Below are positions 18,501 through 26,426 of a stretch of DNA of 64,000 nt, one piece after another. The position numbers and the translations under genes were made by a program. Each line of letters starts with the position of its first letter. The stretch's first letter is position 1. A model generated the notes under the pieces. The model was not told the origin of the DNA. It saw only the letters and a program-made list of their open reading frames with translations, and made no database searches. Source of the stretch: Candidatus Omnitrophota bacterium (lineage in GTDB: Bacteria > Omnitrophota > Gorgyraeia > Gygaellales > JAHJCI01); the NCBI GenBank assembly GCA_042570305.1, contig JBHPGP010000002.1, forward strand, positions 4,024-68,023, written 5' to 3'.

Positions 18501-21324
18501 TGGGGATCTGCCGATCGTTCTCGTCCGCATCGAAAGCCAGGACAATATTAATCTCGTCGTGCAGATGCTGCAGGCGCATGCCTATTGGCGGATGAAAGGT
18601 CTGGCGGTTGATCTGCTGATATGGAATGAAGATAGTTCCATTTATCGCGATAGCCTGGGAGAGAGGATCATCGGGTTGATCGCCGCGAATGCCAAGGAGA
18701 TAGCGGGCCAGAATGGCGGTATTTTTTTAAGGCGCGCCGATCAGATATCCGAAGAGGACCGGATTCTCATACAAACGGTCTCCCGGATTATTATTTCGGA
18801 TCGCGGGGGGACGCTGGCGGAGCAGTTGGAGGATATGGTCCAGCCAAAGGTGAATTTCCTGCCGTTCGTTGCAACCAGGCAGGATGATCCGCAAGAAGAG
18901 GCCGAGGGTCCGGCGGAGCGTTCCGATCTTGTTTATTTTAATGGTGTAGGAGGATTTACCGGGGATGGGAGGGAATATGTGATCAAGACCTCGAGCTCGA
19001 ATACCACTCCCGCTCCGTGGGTCAATGTGCTGGCAAACCGGAATTTCGGTACGGTGATTTCCGAAAGCGGGAGCGCCTACACCTGGAGCGAGAACGCGCA
19101 TGAATTTCGCTTAACGCCCTGGAAAAACGATCCTGTTTCGGACGCTTCGGGAGAGGCGCTCTATATTCGCGATGAGGAGAGCGGAAGGTTCTGGTCTGCG
19201 ACCCCTCTTCCCGCGACGGGGAAGACCGGTTATATCTCGCGCCATGGATTCGGGTACAGCATTTTTGAGCACACCGAAAACGGGATAGTTTCGGAATTAA
19301 CGGTTTTCGTTTCCCTGGAGGATCGGGTCAAGTTCTCTGCCCTGAAGATCAGGAATATCTCTGGGCGCCGTAGGCGTCTTTGCGCGACGGCGTTTGCTGA
19401 ACTGGTCATGGGGACGTTCCGGGATAAATACCACATGCATATCCTGACCGAGATCGATCCCAAAAGCGGAGCTCTGTTTGCCCGCAATCCTTATAACAAG
19501 GAATTTCCCGACCGGGCTGTTTTTTTGGATGTGAGTGAACCGACGCGATTTGTGACCGGGGACCGGGTCGAATTTATCGGAAGGAACGGAACGCTGGCAT
19601 CGCCTTCCGTGATGCGAAGGGATAGGCTTTCCGGAAGAGTGGGCGCGGGGTTTGATCCGTGCGTTGCCACGCAGGTAAAATTTGAGCTTGATGACGGCCA
19701 GCAGAAAGAGATCGTTTTTACCTTGGGCTCCGGAAAAACTCCGGATGACGCCAGGGATCTCATCCGGCGTTTTGGCGGTATCGATGCGGCGCGTGATGAA
19801 CTTGAAAGGGTGTGGGAATATTGGAAACGGACCCTTGGTGTTGTGTATGTGGAAACGCCCGATGCCTCGATCAATATTCTCGTCAACGGTTGGCTGCAAT
19901 ATCAGGTTATAAGCTGTCGTCTCATGGGGCGAAGCGGTTTTTATCAATCCGGCGGGGCTTTCGGCTTTCGGGATCAGCTCCAAGATGTGATGGCGTTGAT
20001 CCATTCGAAACCGGAAATGGTCCGGGAGCAACTGCTGGACTTTGCCGCGCACCAGTTTGCGGAAGGAGATGTGCAGCACTGGTGGCATCCGCCATCCGGC
20101 CGAGGAGTCCGTAGCCGGTGTTCGGATGATTATTTATGGCTCCCCTTCGTGACCTGTCTGTATGTCGAGAATATCGGGGATACGGGGATTCTTGATGAAA
20201 CGGTCGGGTTTCTGGAAGGGCCCCTGGTTAATCAGGAAGAAGAATCTTACTACGATATGCCCAGAGTCTCCGTCCGTTCGGGGACACTGTACGAGCATTG
20301 TGTTTTAAGCGTGAAAAGGGGGTTGCAGTTCGGCGCGCATGGCCTTCCTCTCATGGGAAGCGGGGATTGGAATGATGCAATGAATCTGGTTGGGCGCGAA
20401 GGGAAAGGCGAAAGCGTCTGGCTTGCTTTTTTTCTCTTCGATGTTCTTCAGTCGATGGCGGTCTTGGCCGCTCAGCGTGGGGATAAGGTCATCTTGGAGC
20501 TCTGCGCTGAGGAGGCAAGGAAACTATCTAGGAATATTGAAGAGCATGCCTGGGACGGCGAGTGGTATCTCCGGGCCTATTTTGACAATGGGGATCCTCT
20601 GGGATCTTCCCTGAACAGCGAATGCCGGATCGATTCGATCCCCCAATCCTGGGCGGTGCTTTCAGGCGCGGCTCAGCGGGAAAGGGCCAGTCGGGCCATG
20701 GGTCAGGTGGATCGGCAGCTTGTCGACAGGAAGCACGCGCTGGTGAGATTGTTCGACCCTCCTTTTGATAAGGCTTCCCCTAACCCGGGATACATCAAAG
20801 GCTATGTTCCCGGCGTGAGGGAGAACGGGGGACAGTACACGCATGCTGCGGTCTGGGTGGCGATCGCGTTCGCGGTCTTAGGGGATACAAAGCGGGCTTG
20901 GGAGTTGTTTCATATGATCAACCCGGTGCATCATTCTGATGACGCGGATAAGTGTGCCGTTTACAAAGTGGAGCCGTTCGTGATGGCCGCAGATGTGTAT
21001 GCCTCTCAGGGCCTTGCCGGACGCGGGGGATGGACCTGGTACACCGGGTCCGCGGGTTGGATGTATCAGCTTATAGTGAAGCATTTGCTGGGGGTTCGGT
21101 TGAAAGTGGACCGGATCTATTTCGAGCCCTGCCTTCCAGCGGGTTGGCCCTCTTGGAGGCTGCATTACCGCTACCGGGAGACCTTCTATCATATTACTTT
21201 TGCGTGTTCAGGATCGTCAAATCATATAACGTCTATTGCGGTGGATGGTGTCGCGCAGGAGGAAAAGGTTGTCCGGCTCATTGATGATCGAGTAGAGCAT
21301 TCAGTGGAAGTGCAGATTGAATGA
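12535..21324 (+). CDS. ndvB: Cyclic beta-1,2-glucan synthase (Cgs/NdvB/ChvB; GT84 + GH94 domains)
   Basis: 2929 aa; EWLLDNYY, ELWAIP, GYERKRGKL, TLDADT, SHDLLEG, RRHRW, TSPTNIG, SWGGSMFEYLMP, QSGGAFGFRDQLQD, GDWND, RENGGQYTHAA; TTG start with AGGAG RBS. Confidence 0.93.
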   Translation: MSLKFLQDYILPLKMRLGAFLHWNRITEEEPLRAELFSIEQFKAHAKKLAQGHMVSYKKGHNKLLLRLKQNENVLVEIYKLLNETGKSKRKISPAGEWLLDNYYLIEEQIRLAQKCLPEHYIRELPHLFQGPLAGYPRVYELAMELVSHGDGRLDSQGLTEFVTAYQTVNHLKLGELWAIPIMLRLALIENLRRVSSRMIVAQTERDKANYWATRILKVSAKDTDGVVFEIVAMSRANPLLSDAFVAEFMRRLHGQIQVFNLPFAWLEKKLAEQGDTLERIIRATSQKQASDQVSIANTIGSLRLLEITDWHDFVEALSVVEKLLGQDPSGDYRRMSFATRDRYRHVVEQFSLRSKITEEEIAARAIRLAKTGEKKFGPGHVKAHVGFYLIDRGLELFCRELGLRLPLRQYLQAKKTFWPSVLFFGAITFITLALTVGILYWVQPAGLLSWRRLVLFWVSLFLVTSQTAVSMVNWSFMMLVRPKNLPRMDFSEGIPAYAHTLVVVPCIISDARTVDSLLEGLEVRYLANIDANTDFALLTDFCDAKQETMPEDEVLLAQVKDGVAKLNYKYRRKKEYVFCLLHRPRRWNEREKLWMGYERKRGKLGDLNALLRGKGDGRFSVILGDTQRLQDVQYVITLDADTRTSRNAARELVGVIAHPLNRPVYDEKKQRVVSGYGILQPRVEPSYPGKTPSLFAKIFGGDTGIDPYTKTVSDVYQDVFFEGSFIGKGLYDVDSFERSMEGRFPENAILSHDLLEGCYARSGLVTDVQFYEGYPQGYLKDVSRRHRWICGDWQILSWLFASVRVHSGAKVKNPISFLSQWKIMDNLRRSLVPFATVLLFLSGWICFQPSWIWSVLVLALMGFPLVPMSLAEAVRKSELLTFKTHVGLVVSSCRKNLLRLFFSFVFLLHEAVYCLDAIARTLWRMLVSRRRLLQWKTFLEAEASLSERISGYYQSMWLAPLAAAVLLVFFLAVFQRFDGLTLFFVSLWFVSPAVAYGISQPASPRKIMLSKAQTIFLRKLARRNWAFFENFVTEKDHWLPPDNFQEVPVSGLAHRTSPTNIGLSLLANLTAYDFGYVSMGMMFQRTEKTFVTLNLMERFRGNFYNWYNTETLKPLAPLYISSVDSGNLAGHLLVLRAGLREMSSRKIISAKMFDGLGDTLEILYQSVAEFEKSRKSTVVEPLRGVSQRVEQFQEKCKSSPARLSEIYTFLRQLSTDISKVLTGLDQKHYDQSKKWARALERQCYDFLEDMSFIAPWILLAPEIPGMWEAGDEKQQQRLGQLREALRSLDEIPALGEVARLEQKLVPLIEEITGAMLVADDESKRAHEWFLKLRETIKDAGTRSAERIKAIDYIVLRCNEISGIEYEFLYDKGTHLLSIGYNVSEHKVDRGCYDLLASEARFCSFVAVAQGKMPQDHWFKLGRMIAKLEGDPVLISWGGSMFEYLMPLLVMPTYAGSLLEQTYKAAVSGQIRYAANNNIPWGISESCYNKFDANMVYQYHSFGVPNMGFKPGLAEDLVVAPYASMLALMVEPEKACENLERLSSEGVAGIYGFYEAVDYTPARLAPDQNRAIVKSYMAHHQGMSFLSLAYVLLDQPMQRRFLSEPMFQAAELLLQERIPVSEPFLYDFEVTGMLRKFGDRETLLRVFTTPQTPVPEVHPLSNGRYHVMVTNSGGGYSRWQNVSLTRWCEDAALDNDGTFVYLRDVESGQFWSSAYQPTRKNPKSYEALFSQAWAEFKRRDQQIETHTEIAVSPEDDIELRRVTITNRSRNRRVIEVTSYAEVVLNDLSSDQAHRTFSNLFVQTEIIRSHQAILCKRRPRSDKETFPWMLHLMAVHGNALVGATYETDRNKFIGRGRTLADPAAMEGQDNLSDSEGSVLDPIVSIRSRIELLPEESATIDYVTGICESRESAQALMEKYRDRNLADRVFNLAWTHGQVALQQINTTEASAQLYGRLASAILYANPAWRSSASILRRNNRGQSDLWGYSISGDLPIVLVRIESQDNINLVVQMLQAHAYWRMKGLAVDLLIWNEDSSIYRDSLGERIIGLIAANAKEIAGQNGGIFLRRADQISEEDRILIQTVSRIIISDRGGTLAEQLEDMVQPKVNFLPFVATRQDDPQEEAEGPAERSDLVYFNGVGGFTGDGREYVIKTSSSNTTPAPWVNVLANRNFGTVISESGSAYTWSENAHEFRLTPWKNDPVSDASGEALYIRDEESGRFWSATPLPATGKTGYISRHGFGYSIFEHTENGIVSELTVFVSLEDRVKFSALKIRNISGRRRRLCATAFAELVMGTFRDKYHMHILTEIDPKSGALFARNPYNKEFPDRAVFLDVSEPTRFVTGDRVEFIGRNGTLASPSVMRRDRLSGRVGAGFDPCVATQVKFELDDGQQKEIVFTLGSGKTPDDARDLIRRFGGIDAARDELERVWEYWKRTLGVVYVETPDASINILVNGWLQYQVISCRLMGRSGFYQSGGAFGFRDQLQDVMALIHSKPEMVREQLLDFAAHQFAEGDVQHWWHPPSGRGVRSRCSDDYLWLPFVTCLYVENIGDTGILDETVGFLEGPLVNQEEESYYDMPRVSVRSGTLYEHCVLSVKRGLQFGAHGLPLMGSGDWNDAMNLVGREGKGESVWLAFFLFDVLQSMAVLAAQRGDKVILELCAEEARKLSRNIEEHAWDGEWYLRAYFDNGDPLGSSLNSECRIDSIPQSWAVLSGAAQRERASRAMGQVDRQLVDRKHALVRLFDPPFDKASPNPGYIKGYVPGVRENGGQYTHAAVWVAIAFAVLGDTKRAWELFHMINPVHHSDDADKCAVYKVEPFVMAADVYASQGLAGRGGWTWYTGSAGWMYQLIVKHLLGVRLKVDRIYFEPCLPAGWPSWRLHYRYRETFYHITFACSGSSNHITSIAVDGVAQEEKVVRLIDDRVEHSVEVQIE

Positions 21325-21526
21325 TCGCGGGATGGCCTGAAGAAATTTGTTGAGCCTGTTTTTAAATGAACACAGAAAATAAATCTGATCTCCACCCGTA
21401 TATAGACCAGTAAAGATAGTAATTCTTTAAAAAACATAATTATATGGTATAATAACATACATAAGCGGGATTAACGCCCAAACCTATCGGATGGTTTGGT
21501 GTAAGCTTGTGCTTAAGGAGGAGATA

Positions 21527-21676
21527 TTGGCGAGAGATAATTATTCATATAAAAAGTATCAGAAAGAATTGGCCAGGAAAAAGAAGGCAGAGGCAAAGAG
21601 ACAAAGAAAACTGGATAAAAAAGCGATTGAGGCTACTCCTGAGTCTGTACAGGTCAACTCAAACTTAAATCTTTAG
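21527..21676 (+). CDS. Small Lys/Arg-rich protein (49 aa, MARDNYSYKKYQKELARKKK...)
   Basis: TTG start with strong AAGGAGG RBS, within track ORF 21491. Confidence 0.6.
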   Translation: MARDNYSYKKYQKELARKKKAEAKRQRKLDKKAIEATPESVQVNSNLNL

Positions 21677-21737
21677 CAGAACTAATACCCGGCCATATCG
21701 GATTGGCCGGTATGCACTTACTGTGCAAGGAGGGAGC

Positions 21738-21902
21738 ATGGCATATCAGGGTGGTGGTGGGTTCGGCGGGTCACGGGAGATGCACAAGGCAGTTTGCTCG
21801 GAGTGCAAAAAAGAGTGCGAAGTCCCGTTTAAACCCAGAGACGATCGTCCGATATACTGCAGGGATTGCTATATAAAGCGCAAGAACGAAGGCCGCAGGT
21901 AA
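21738..21902 (+). CDS. CxxC-x17-CxxC zinc-ribbon small protein (54 aa; absent from ORF track)
   Basis: MAYQGGGGFGGSREMHKAVCSECKKECEVPFKPRDDRPIYCRDCY...; AGGAGGG RBS. Confidence 0.9.
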   Translation: MAYQGGGGFGGSREMHKAVCSECKKECEVPFKPRDDRPIYCRDCYIKRKNEGRR

Positions 21903-21956
21903 CCATAGATTCCGCAGACGCAATACTTAATTGGCGCACAGCCTGATACCTAGAAT

Positions 21957-22310
21957 ATGAAAGGTATTACCGATCCCAATCTTATTTATTCTACTGACAG
22001 TGGCTCAATCTGTCCTGATTGTTCTAAGTCGCTCAAGGAGTGTATCTGCCGTGAAATAAAAAGGAACGCTTTACCCGAAACCAGCGGCAAGGTGAGGATA
22101 CGGCATGAGACTGCTGGTAGAAAAAATAAAGGTGTAACCATAATTTATGGTTTGTCTTTAAACCAGGAGCAGCTTGAGAAGTTGACTAAGAAATTAAAGA
22201 GCACCTTTGGCACAGGCGGAACTGTAAAAGATTACACAATTGAGCTGCAGGGTGACCAGCGAGGAAGAGTCAGAGTTGAATTATGCAGGCTGGGTTATAG
22301 AGATCTCTGA
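21957..22310 (+). CDS. yciH: SUI1-family translation factor (YciH-like) with N-terminal Cys motif
   Basis: LIYSTD..CPDC..CIC, GRKNKGVTII, GTGGTVKD, IELQGDQR. Confidence 0.9.
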   Translation: MKGITDPNLIYSTDSGSICPDCSKSLKECICREIKRNALPETSGKVRIRHETAGRKNKGVTIIYGLSLNQEQLEKLTKKLKSTFGTGGTVKDYTIELQGDQRGRVRVELCRLGYRDL

Positions 22311-22362
22311 ATAGCGAGAGGTTTTCATACGAGAGGGAACACATTTTCAACTAATAAATATG

Positions 22363-22391
22363 TTGACAAATTCCGAAAATGATGTTATAGT
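22363..22391 (+). promoter_or_regulatory. sigma70 promoter upstream of csp genes
   Basis: TTGACA-N17-TATAGT with TG extension. Confidence 0.7.
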
Positions 22392-22513
22392 AACCACGTA
22401 GTAAATAGAGGAGAAAATGTCTAAGCCGTCAGGCCGAAAAGTATTCGCCTTGCGGTTTTTTTTGTTTCTGCTGTTATTTGCTATAATTTAGCAAGAAGGA
22501 GGTGTAGTAAATA

Positions 22514-22714
22514 ATGGTAAAAGGAACAGTTAAGTGGTTCAGTAACCAGAAGGGTTACGGTTTTGTTACCCCTGAGTCAGGAGAAGATGTATTCGTGCAT
22601 CATAGCGTAATCCAGGGTGATGGCTATAAGTCTTTAGATGAGGGTCAAGAGGTCGAACTTGAAATCGAAACAGGCCCTAAGGGCAAACAAGCCACAAAGG
22701 TAGTAAAGTTGTAA
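22514..22714 (+). CDS. cspA: Cold-shock protein
   Basis: [29 protein letters not shown] motifs; AGGAGG RBS. Confidence 0.93.
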   Translation: MVKGTVKWFSNQKGYGFVTPESGEDVFVHHSVIQGDGYKSLDEGQEVELEIETGPKGKQATKVVKL

Positions 22715-22728
22715 TTCGTATCAGGTAC

Positions 22729-22759
22729 AGGTCCGGCAATTATGCCGGGCCTTATTTTT
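22729..22759 (+). terminator. Intrinsic terminator after csp
   Basis: AGGTCCGGCA/TGCCGGGCCT stem plus T-rich tail. Confidence 0.7.
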
Positions 22760-22760
22760 A

Positions 22761-22807
22761 ATCCTTCGACTTCGCTCAGGATTGATGGCGAGCAGAGTCG
22801 AAGCATC
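22761..22807. repeat. REP-like element (CTTCGACTTCGCTC...GAGCAGAGTCGAAG)
   Basis: Imperfect inverted repeat in the intergenic space between the two csp genes. Confidence 0.55.
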
Positions 22808-22820
22808 AAGGAGGTTGGAT

Positions 22821-23027
22821 ATGCATAAAGGACAAATAAAGAAGCTTATGCGCGAGAGGGGCTTTGGGTTTATCAGCGACACAGACGGAAGGGAAGTATT
22901 TTTTCATCAGAGTGGCCTGGTAGAGACTAAATTCGATACTTTGAATGAAGGCCAAGAGGTTGAGTTTGAAGTTGAAAATTCTCAAAAAGGCCCTCGGGCG
23001 ATTAATATAAGTATTCTCAAATCCTAA
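22821..23027 (+). CDS. Cold-shock domain protein
   Basis: RGFGFI, VFFHQS, KGPRA; start at ATG 22821 after AGGAGG. Confidence 0.9.
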   Translation: MHKGQIKKLMRERGFGFISDTDGREVFFHQSGLVETKFDTLNEGQEVEFEVENSQKGPRAINISILKS

Positions 23028-23050
23028 AAGCAGGCAAGGCTGTCTGCTTT

Positions 23051-23090
23051 AATATCCCAAGCAAGATTTTGCTTGGGATATTTTATTTTT
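23051..23090 (+). terminator. Intrinsic terminator overlapping the next promoter
   Basis: Perfect 14-bp stem AATATCCCAAGCAA/TTGCTTGGGATATT plus T tract. Confidence 0.75.
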
Positions 23091-23154
23091 AGTAGTATAA
23101 TCTGACTATAGAAATTTAAGTCTGCCTTTAGTCCTGCCTTGCGGAAGACAAAAT

Positions 23155-24801
23155 ATGCTTGATGCGGCCCAAAAAAGATACAGATTTAGGGTTGTTATTC
23201 CCGCCTATTCGGCATTTAACATTTATTCTGATATTGCCAAGCGGACTACGGCCTTGGGGCCGGTGTGTGTTGCCAGCAGCGTAAACGAAATGCAAGGCTG
23301 GGATGTTGAGGTTATTGATGAGAATAACCTCCGTAGATACGGACCAAGAAGCGATTCAAGAGGGGCTGACCATGAATTCTTACAACGGCAGAGACCTGCG
23401 GATGTCATCGGCTTATACGGGGGATTGACCAGTACTATACCCAGGCTTTATAAAGTAGCCTGCTTTTATAAAGAGAAGGGTGCTGTGACTATTGCCGGAG
23501 GCCAGCATTTTGTGGGAGATAATATTGTTGAGGCCTTAAATTCTTGCATTGACTATGTAGTTATTGGCGAGGCAGAAGAAACGATTAAAGAGCTTCTCTT
23601 GGCGATACAAGGTAAGGCAGATGTAGGCAAAATCAAAGGTATTGCCTATTTAAAAAATGGTCAGGTTTTCTTGACTCCCGAAAGGGAGCCCCTGAATGAT
23701 TTCGACAAGTTGCCCCTGCCGGATTTTTCCTTAGTGCGTTACGCCAAGATTAAGCTTTATCCTGTTGAAAGGATACGCGGTTGTGGCATGGATTGCGAGT
23801 TTTGTACGGTTAAGGGCAAGCCAAGATTTGCTTCTCCCGAACGGCTGCTTGAGCGCATCAGCTTCCTTTTGGAAACAAAGGATGCCAGGCACTTTTTTAT
23901 TGTCGATGACCTTTTTGGGCAACAACGTGATGAAACAATCAGGTTCTGCAGAATGCTTGCGGATTATCAGAAGGGCATAGGCAGAAGGCTGGATACGACT
24001 GTCCAGATAAGATTGGATAAAGCCAAAGACACTGAGTTACTTTCTGCTATGCGGCAGGCGGGAATTAACACAGTAGCCATCGGATTTGAGTCACCCATTG
24101 AGGAAGAATTAAGGGCTATGAACAAACATATCAGACCCGAGGATATGCTATCCCTTACAAAGATATTTCATAGATTTGGATTTTTGGTACACGGCATGTT
24201 TATCTTTGGCTATCCGGTAAAAGAAGGAGTGAATTTTAAAATGTCCGCACCTGAACGAGTAAAGCGTTTTAAAGATTTTATTAGGAAAGCTAAAATTGAC
24301 ACTATACAGGTTTTACTGCCCGGTCCTTTACCAGGGACAGAATTAAGACATAGGCTTCAAACACAAAACAGGATTTACCCGGTTCAGGACGTGGGCTGGG
24401 AATATTATGATGGTAATTTTCCCCTATTTGAGCCTGATCAGCCCATGAGCTCTGAAGAGATGCAGGCTTCTATCAGGCAGATTATGGGCAAGTTTTATCA
24501 GTTTAAATATATGTTTATGATAGTCTTAAATATATTTTCTTTTTCCAGTTTAATCTTCTTTTTACACAATATTCAGGCAGGATGGAGGAGATGGTATCGC
24601 CCTTGGCGTAATCATTTAGTTCGTTTTGGCGGTTGGATCCTTATCAGGAAGTGGTCTTCAGCGTTAAAAAGGGATATGTTCTCGCAAAAATTGCAAAAGG
24701 CAAAAGAGCACCTAAATGAATGTAACTTAAGGAGAGGGCATTCGGCAAGGACAGGGCATGGCTGTATAAGCCAGCCCTTTAACAAGAGAGGTCAAGATTA
24801 A
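23155..24801 (+). CDS. B12-binding radical SAM protein
   Basis: N-terminal cobalamin-binding-like region (IAGGQH, VIGEAE), RGCGMDCEFC, IVDDLF, IGFES, HGMFIFG, PLPGT. Confidence 0.88.
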   Translation: MLDAAQKRYRFRVVIPAYSAFNIYSDIAKRTTALGPVCVASSVNEMQGWDVEVIDENNLRRYGPRSDSRGADHEFLQRQRPADVIGLYGGLTSTIPRLYKVACFYKEKGAVTIAGGQHFVGDNIVEALNSCIDYVVIGEAEETIKELLLAIQGKADVGKIKGIAYLKNGQVFLTPEREPLNDFDKLPLPDFSLVRYAKIKLYPVERIRGCGMDCEFCTVKGKPRFASPERLLERISFLLETKDARHFFIVDDLFGQQRDETIRFCRMLADYQKGIGRRLDTTVQIRLDKAKDTELLSAMRQAGINTVAIGFESPIEEELRAMNKHIRPEDMLSLTKIFHRFGFLVHGMFIFGYPVKEGVNFKMSAPERVKRFKDFIRKAKIDTIQVLLPGPLPGTELRHRLQTQNRIYPVQDVGWEYYDGNFPLFEPDQPMSSEEMQASIRQIMGKFYQFKYMFMIVLNIFSFSSLIFFLHNIQAGWRRWYRPWRNHLVRFGGWILIRKWSSALKRDMFSQKLQKAKEHLNECNLRRGHSARTGHGCISQPFNKRGQD

Positions 24802-26242
24802 ATATAATCACGCCTTATTCCTTAATCCGTATATTGCAGGAAGCGCTACGGATACGATGTTGCTTTTTCCGCCCATAGGGCTGGAATATATAGCTACGAG
24901 CGCTAAGGGCCTGGTCGGTAAAATCACGCTTTTGGATCTGAGGTATGAAAATGATTTTGCCGAAGATACGGATAAGCTTCTTAAGTTTATATCCGAATCG
25001 GTTGATATTATCTGTGTCACTATCGGCTGGGACAGGCATTTTGAAGAAATCTGCCAGCTGCTTAACCGCTTGCCGGCTGGGATACCCTTAGTCATAGGCG
25101 GTTATAAAGCTACGGAAAAGGTAGAAGAACTTTTTAAAATTTGCCCTGCCATAGATATCATAGTCAGGGGCGAAGGCGAAGAGACAATACAGGAAATATT
25201 AAAGGGCATAGCGCCAAAAAATATCCTGGGTATTTCTTACAGGCGGGGGGAGCGGGTTATACATAATGCTAACCGTCCGCTTCCGGATGTTGATAAGCTA
25301 CCGGTGCCTGACCGAGCCCTCAGGCACAACGAATACATGATGGCAATAAACGGCATCAAATTAGGGAATCTTACTTTTGATTCGGTATTAAGCGCCAGGG
25401 GGTGCCCCTTTAATTGTAAATTCTGCACATTCAGTTTAAATCCCCTGGGTCAGAAAAGAAGCTATGCCGCGCGCCGCGTAAGCGACGTGGTTGAGGAAAT
25501 CCAAAGCTTGAAGGCAGACGTAGTGCTCTTCAGCGATGATAACCTTTTCGTCGATCCCAAGAGGGCAGAGGAAATTTGCGACCAAATCATTGAACGCAAG
25601 ATAAAAAAGCGCTTCATTGCTCAGGCACGTATTGAAATTGGCAGGCATCCAAGGCTGCTGGAGAAAATGGTGAAAGCCGGATTCAAGGCATTGTTGATCG
25701 GGATAGAATCTCCTCACGACTGGATACTGGAGCAGCTGAATAAAGGCTTCAATCAAGCAGCGATAAGAGAATATTTTGCGGTACTCAGGAAATATCCGAT
25801 TTTATACAGCGGTTATTTTATATACGGTAACATAGGGGAGAGCAAAGAGGAGATGCTTTATATCGCACAATTCGCCAAGGAGATAGGAGTCGATATTATT
25901 GCTACCAATAAATTAAGGATCGAGAAATTTTCCCCTTTAAAGGAGCTTGCCGAAAAAACACCGGGTTATCATGTAACCGCAAAGGGAGAACTGTATTCCG
26001 ATACGTATAGCCACGCGGCCTTGAAGAAAATAGGCAAAAAGATAAAATTCTCTTTTTATACCCCCTCCAGATATCTAAAGATAGCCTGGAAGAATGTTTT
26101 CGTAACAAGGTTCTATACCTTTAATGAGGTACTGCTGATTTTAATTGCCGCGCCCCGTCTCATTACGAGCATCATTGCCAGGGAAAGGCGTAGAGGAAAG
26201 CTTAAGGATTCCTTAAGGCGCACCTTTATTAGGAATAGCTGA
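24797..26242 (+). CDS. B12-binding radical SAM protein (start ATT 24797 or ATG 24857)
   Basis: FPPIGLEYIA, VRGEGEET, RGCPFNCKFC, SDDNL, IGIES; the frame stays open upstream to IKYNHALFLNPY. Confidence 0.85.
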   Translation: MKYNHALFLNPYIAGSATDTMLLFPPIGLEYIATSAKGLVGKITLLDLRYENDFAEDTDKLLKFISESVDIICVTIGWDRHFEEICQLLNRLPAGIPLVIGGYKATEKVEELFKICPAIDIIVRGEGEETIQEILKGIAPKNILGISYRRGERVIHNANRPLPDVDKLPVPDRALRHNEYMMAINGIKLGNLTFDSVLSARGCPFNCKFCTFSLNPLGQKRSYAARRVSDVVEEIQSLKADVVLFSDDNLFVDPKRAEEICDQIIERKIKKRFIAQARIEIGRHPRLLEKMVKAGFKALLIGIESPHDWILEQLNKGFNQAAIREYFAVLRKYPILYSGYFIYGNIGESKEEMLYIAQFAKEIGVDIIATNKLRIEKFSPLKELAEKTPGYHVTAKGELYSDTYSHAALKKIGKKIKFSFYTPSRYLKIAWKNVFVTRFYTFNEVLLILIAAPRLITSIIARERRRGKLKDSLRRTFIRNS

Positions 26243-26426
26243 AAAGCGCATTCAATTTCGCACAAGTCCGCTTTCCAGGAAAATTTTGCTTGCGGGGTTT
26301 TATTAAGGGTATAATTTGACTATAGAAATTCAATTTTTTTGACTGAACCTGACTTTAGAAGGGCTTAATATGCCCTGTGCAACTAAAAAAGCTAAAGACA
26401 AATTCTTGGCTTGAGGGAAGAATTGG

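Noticed and set aside
12869-21284. Many alternative-frame and antisense ORFs inside the glucan synthase gene
   Set aside because: Expected in GC-richer coding DNA; no recognisable motifs or RBS support
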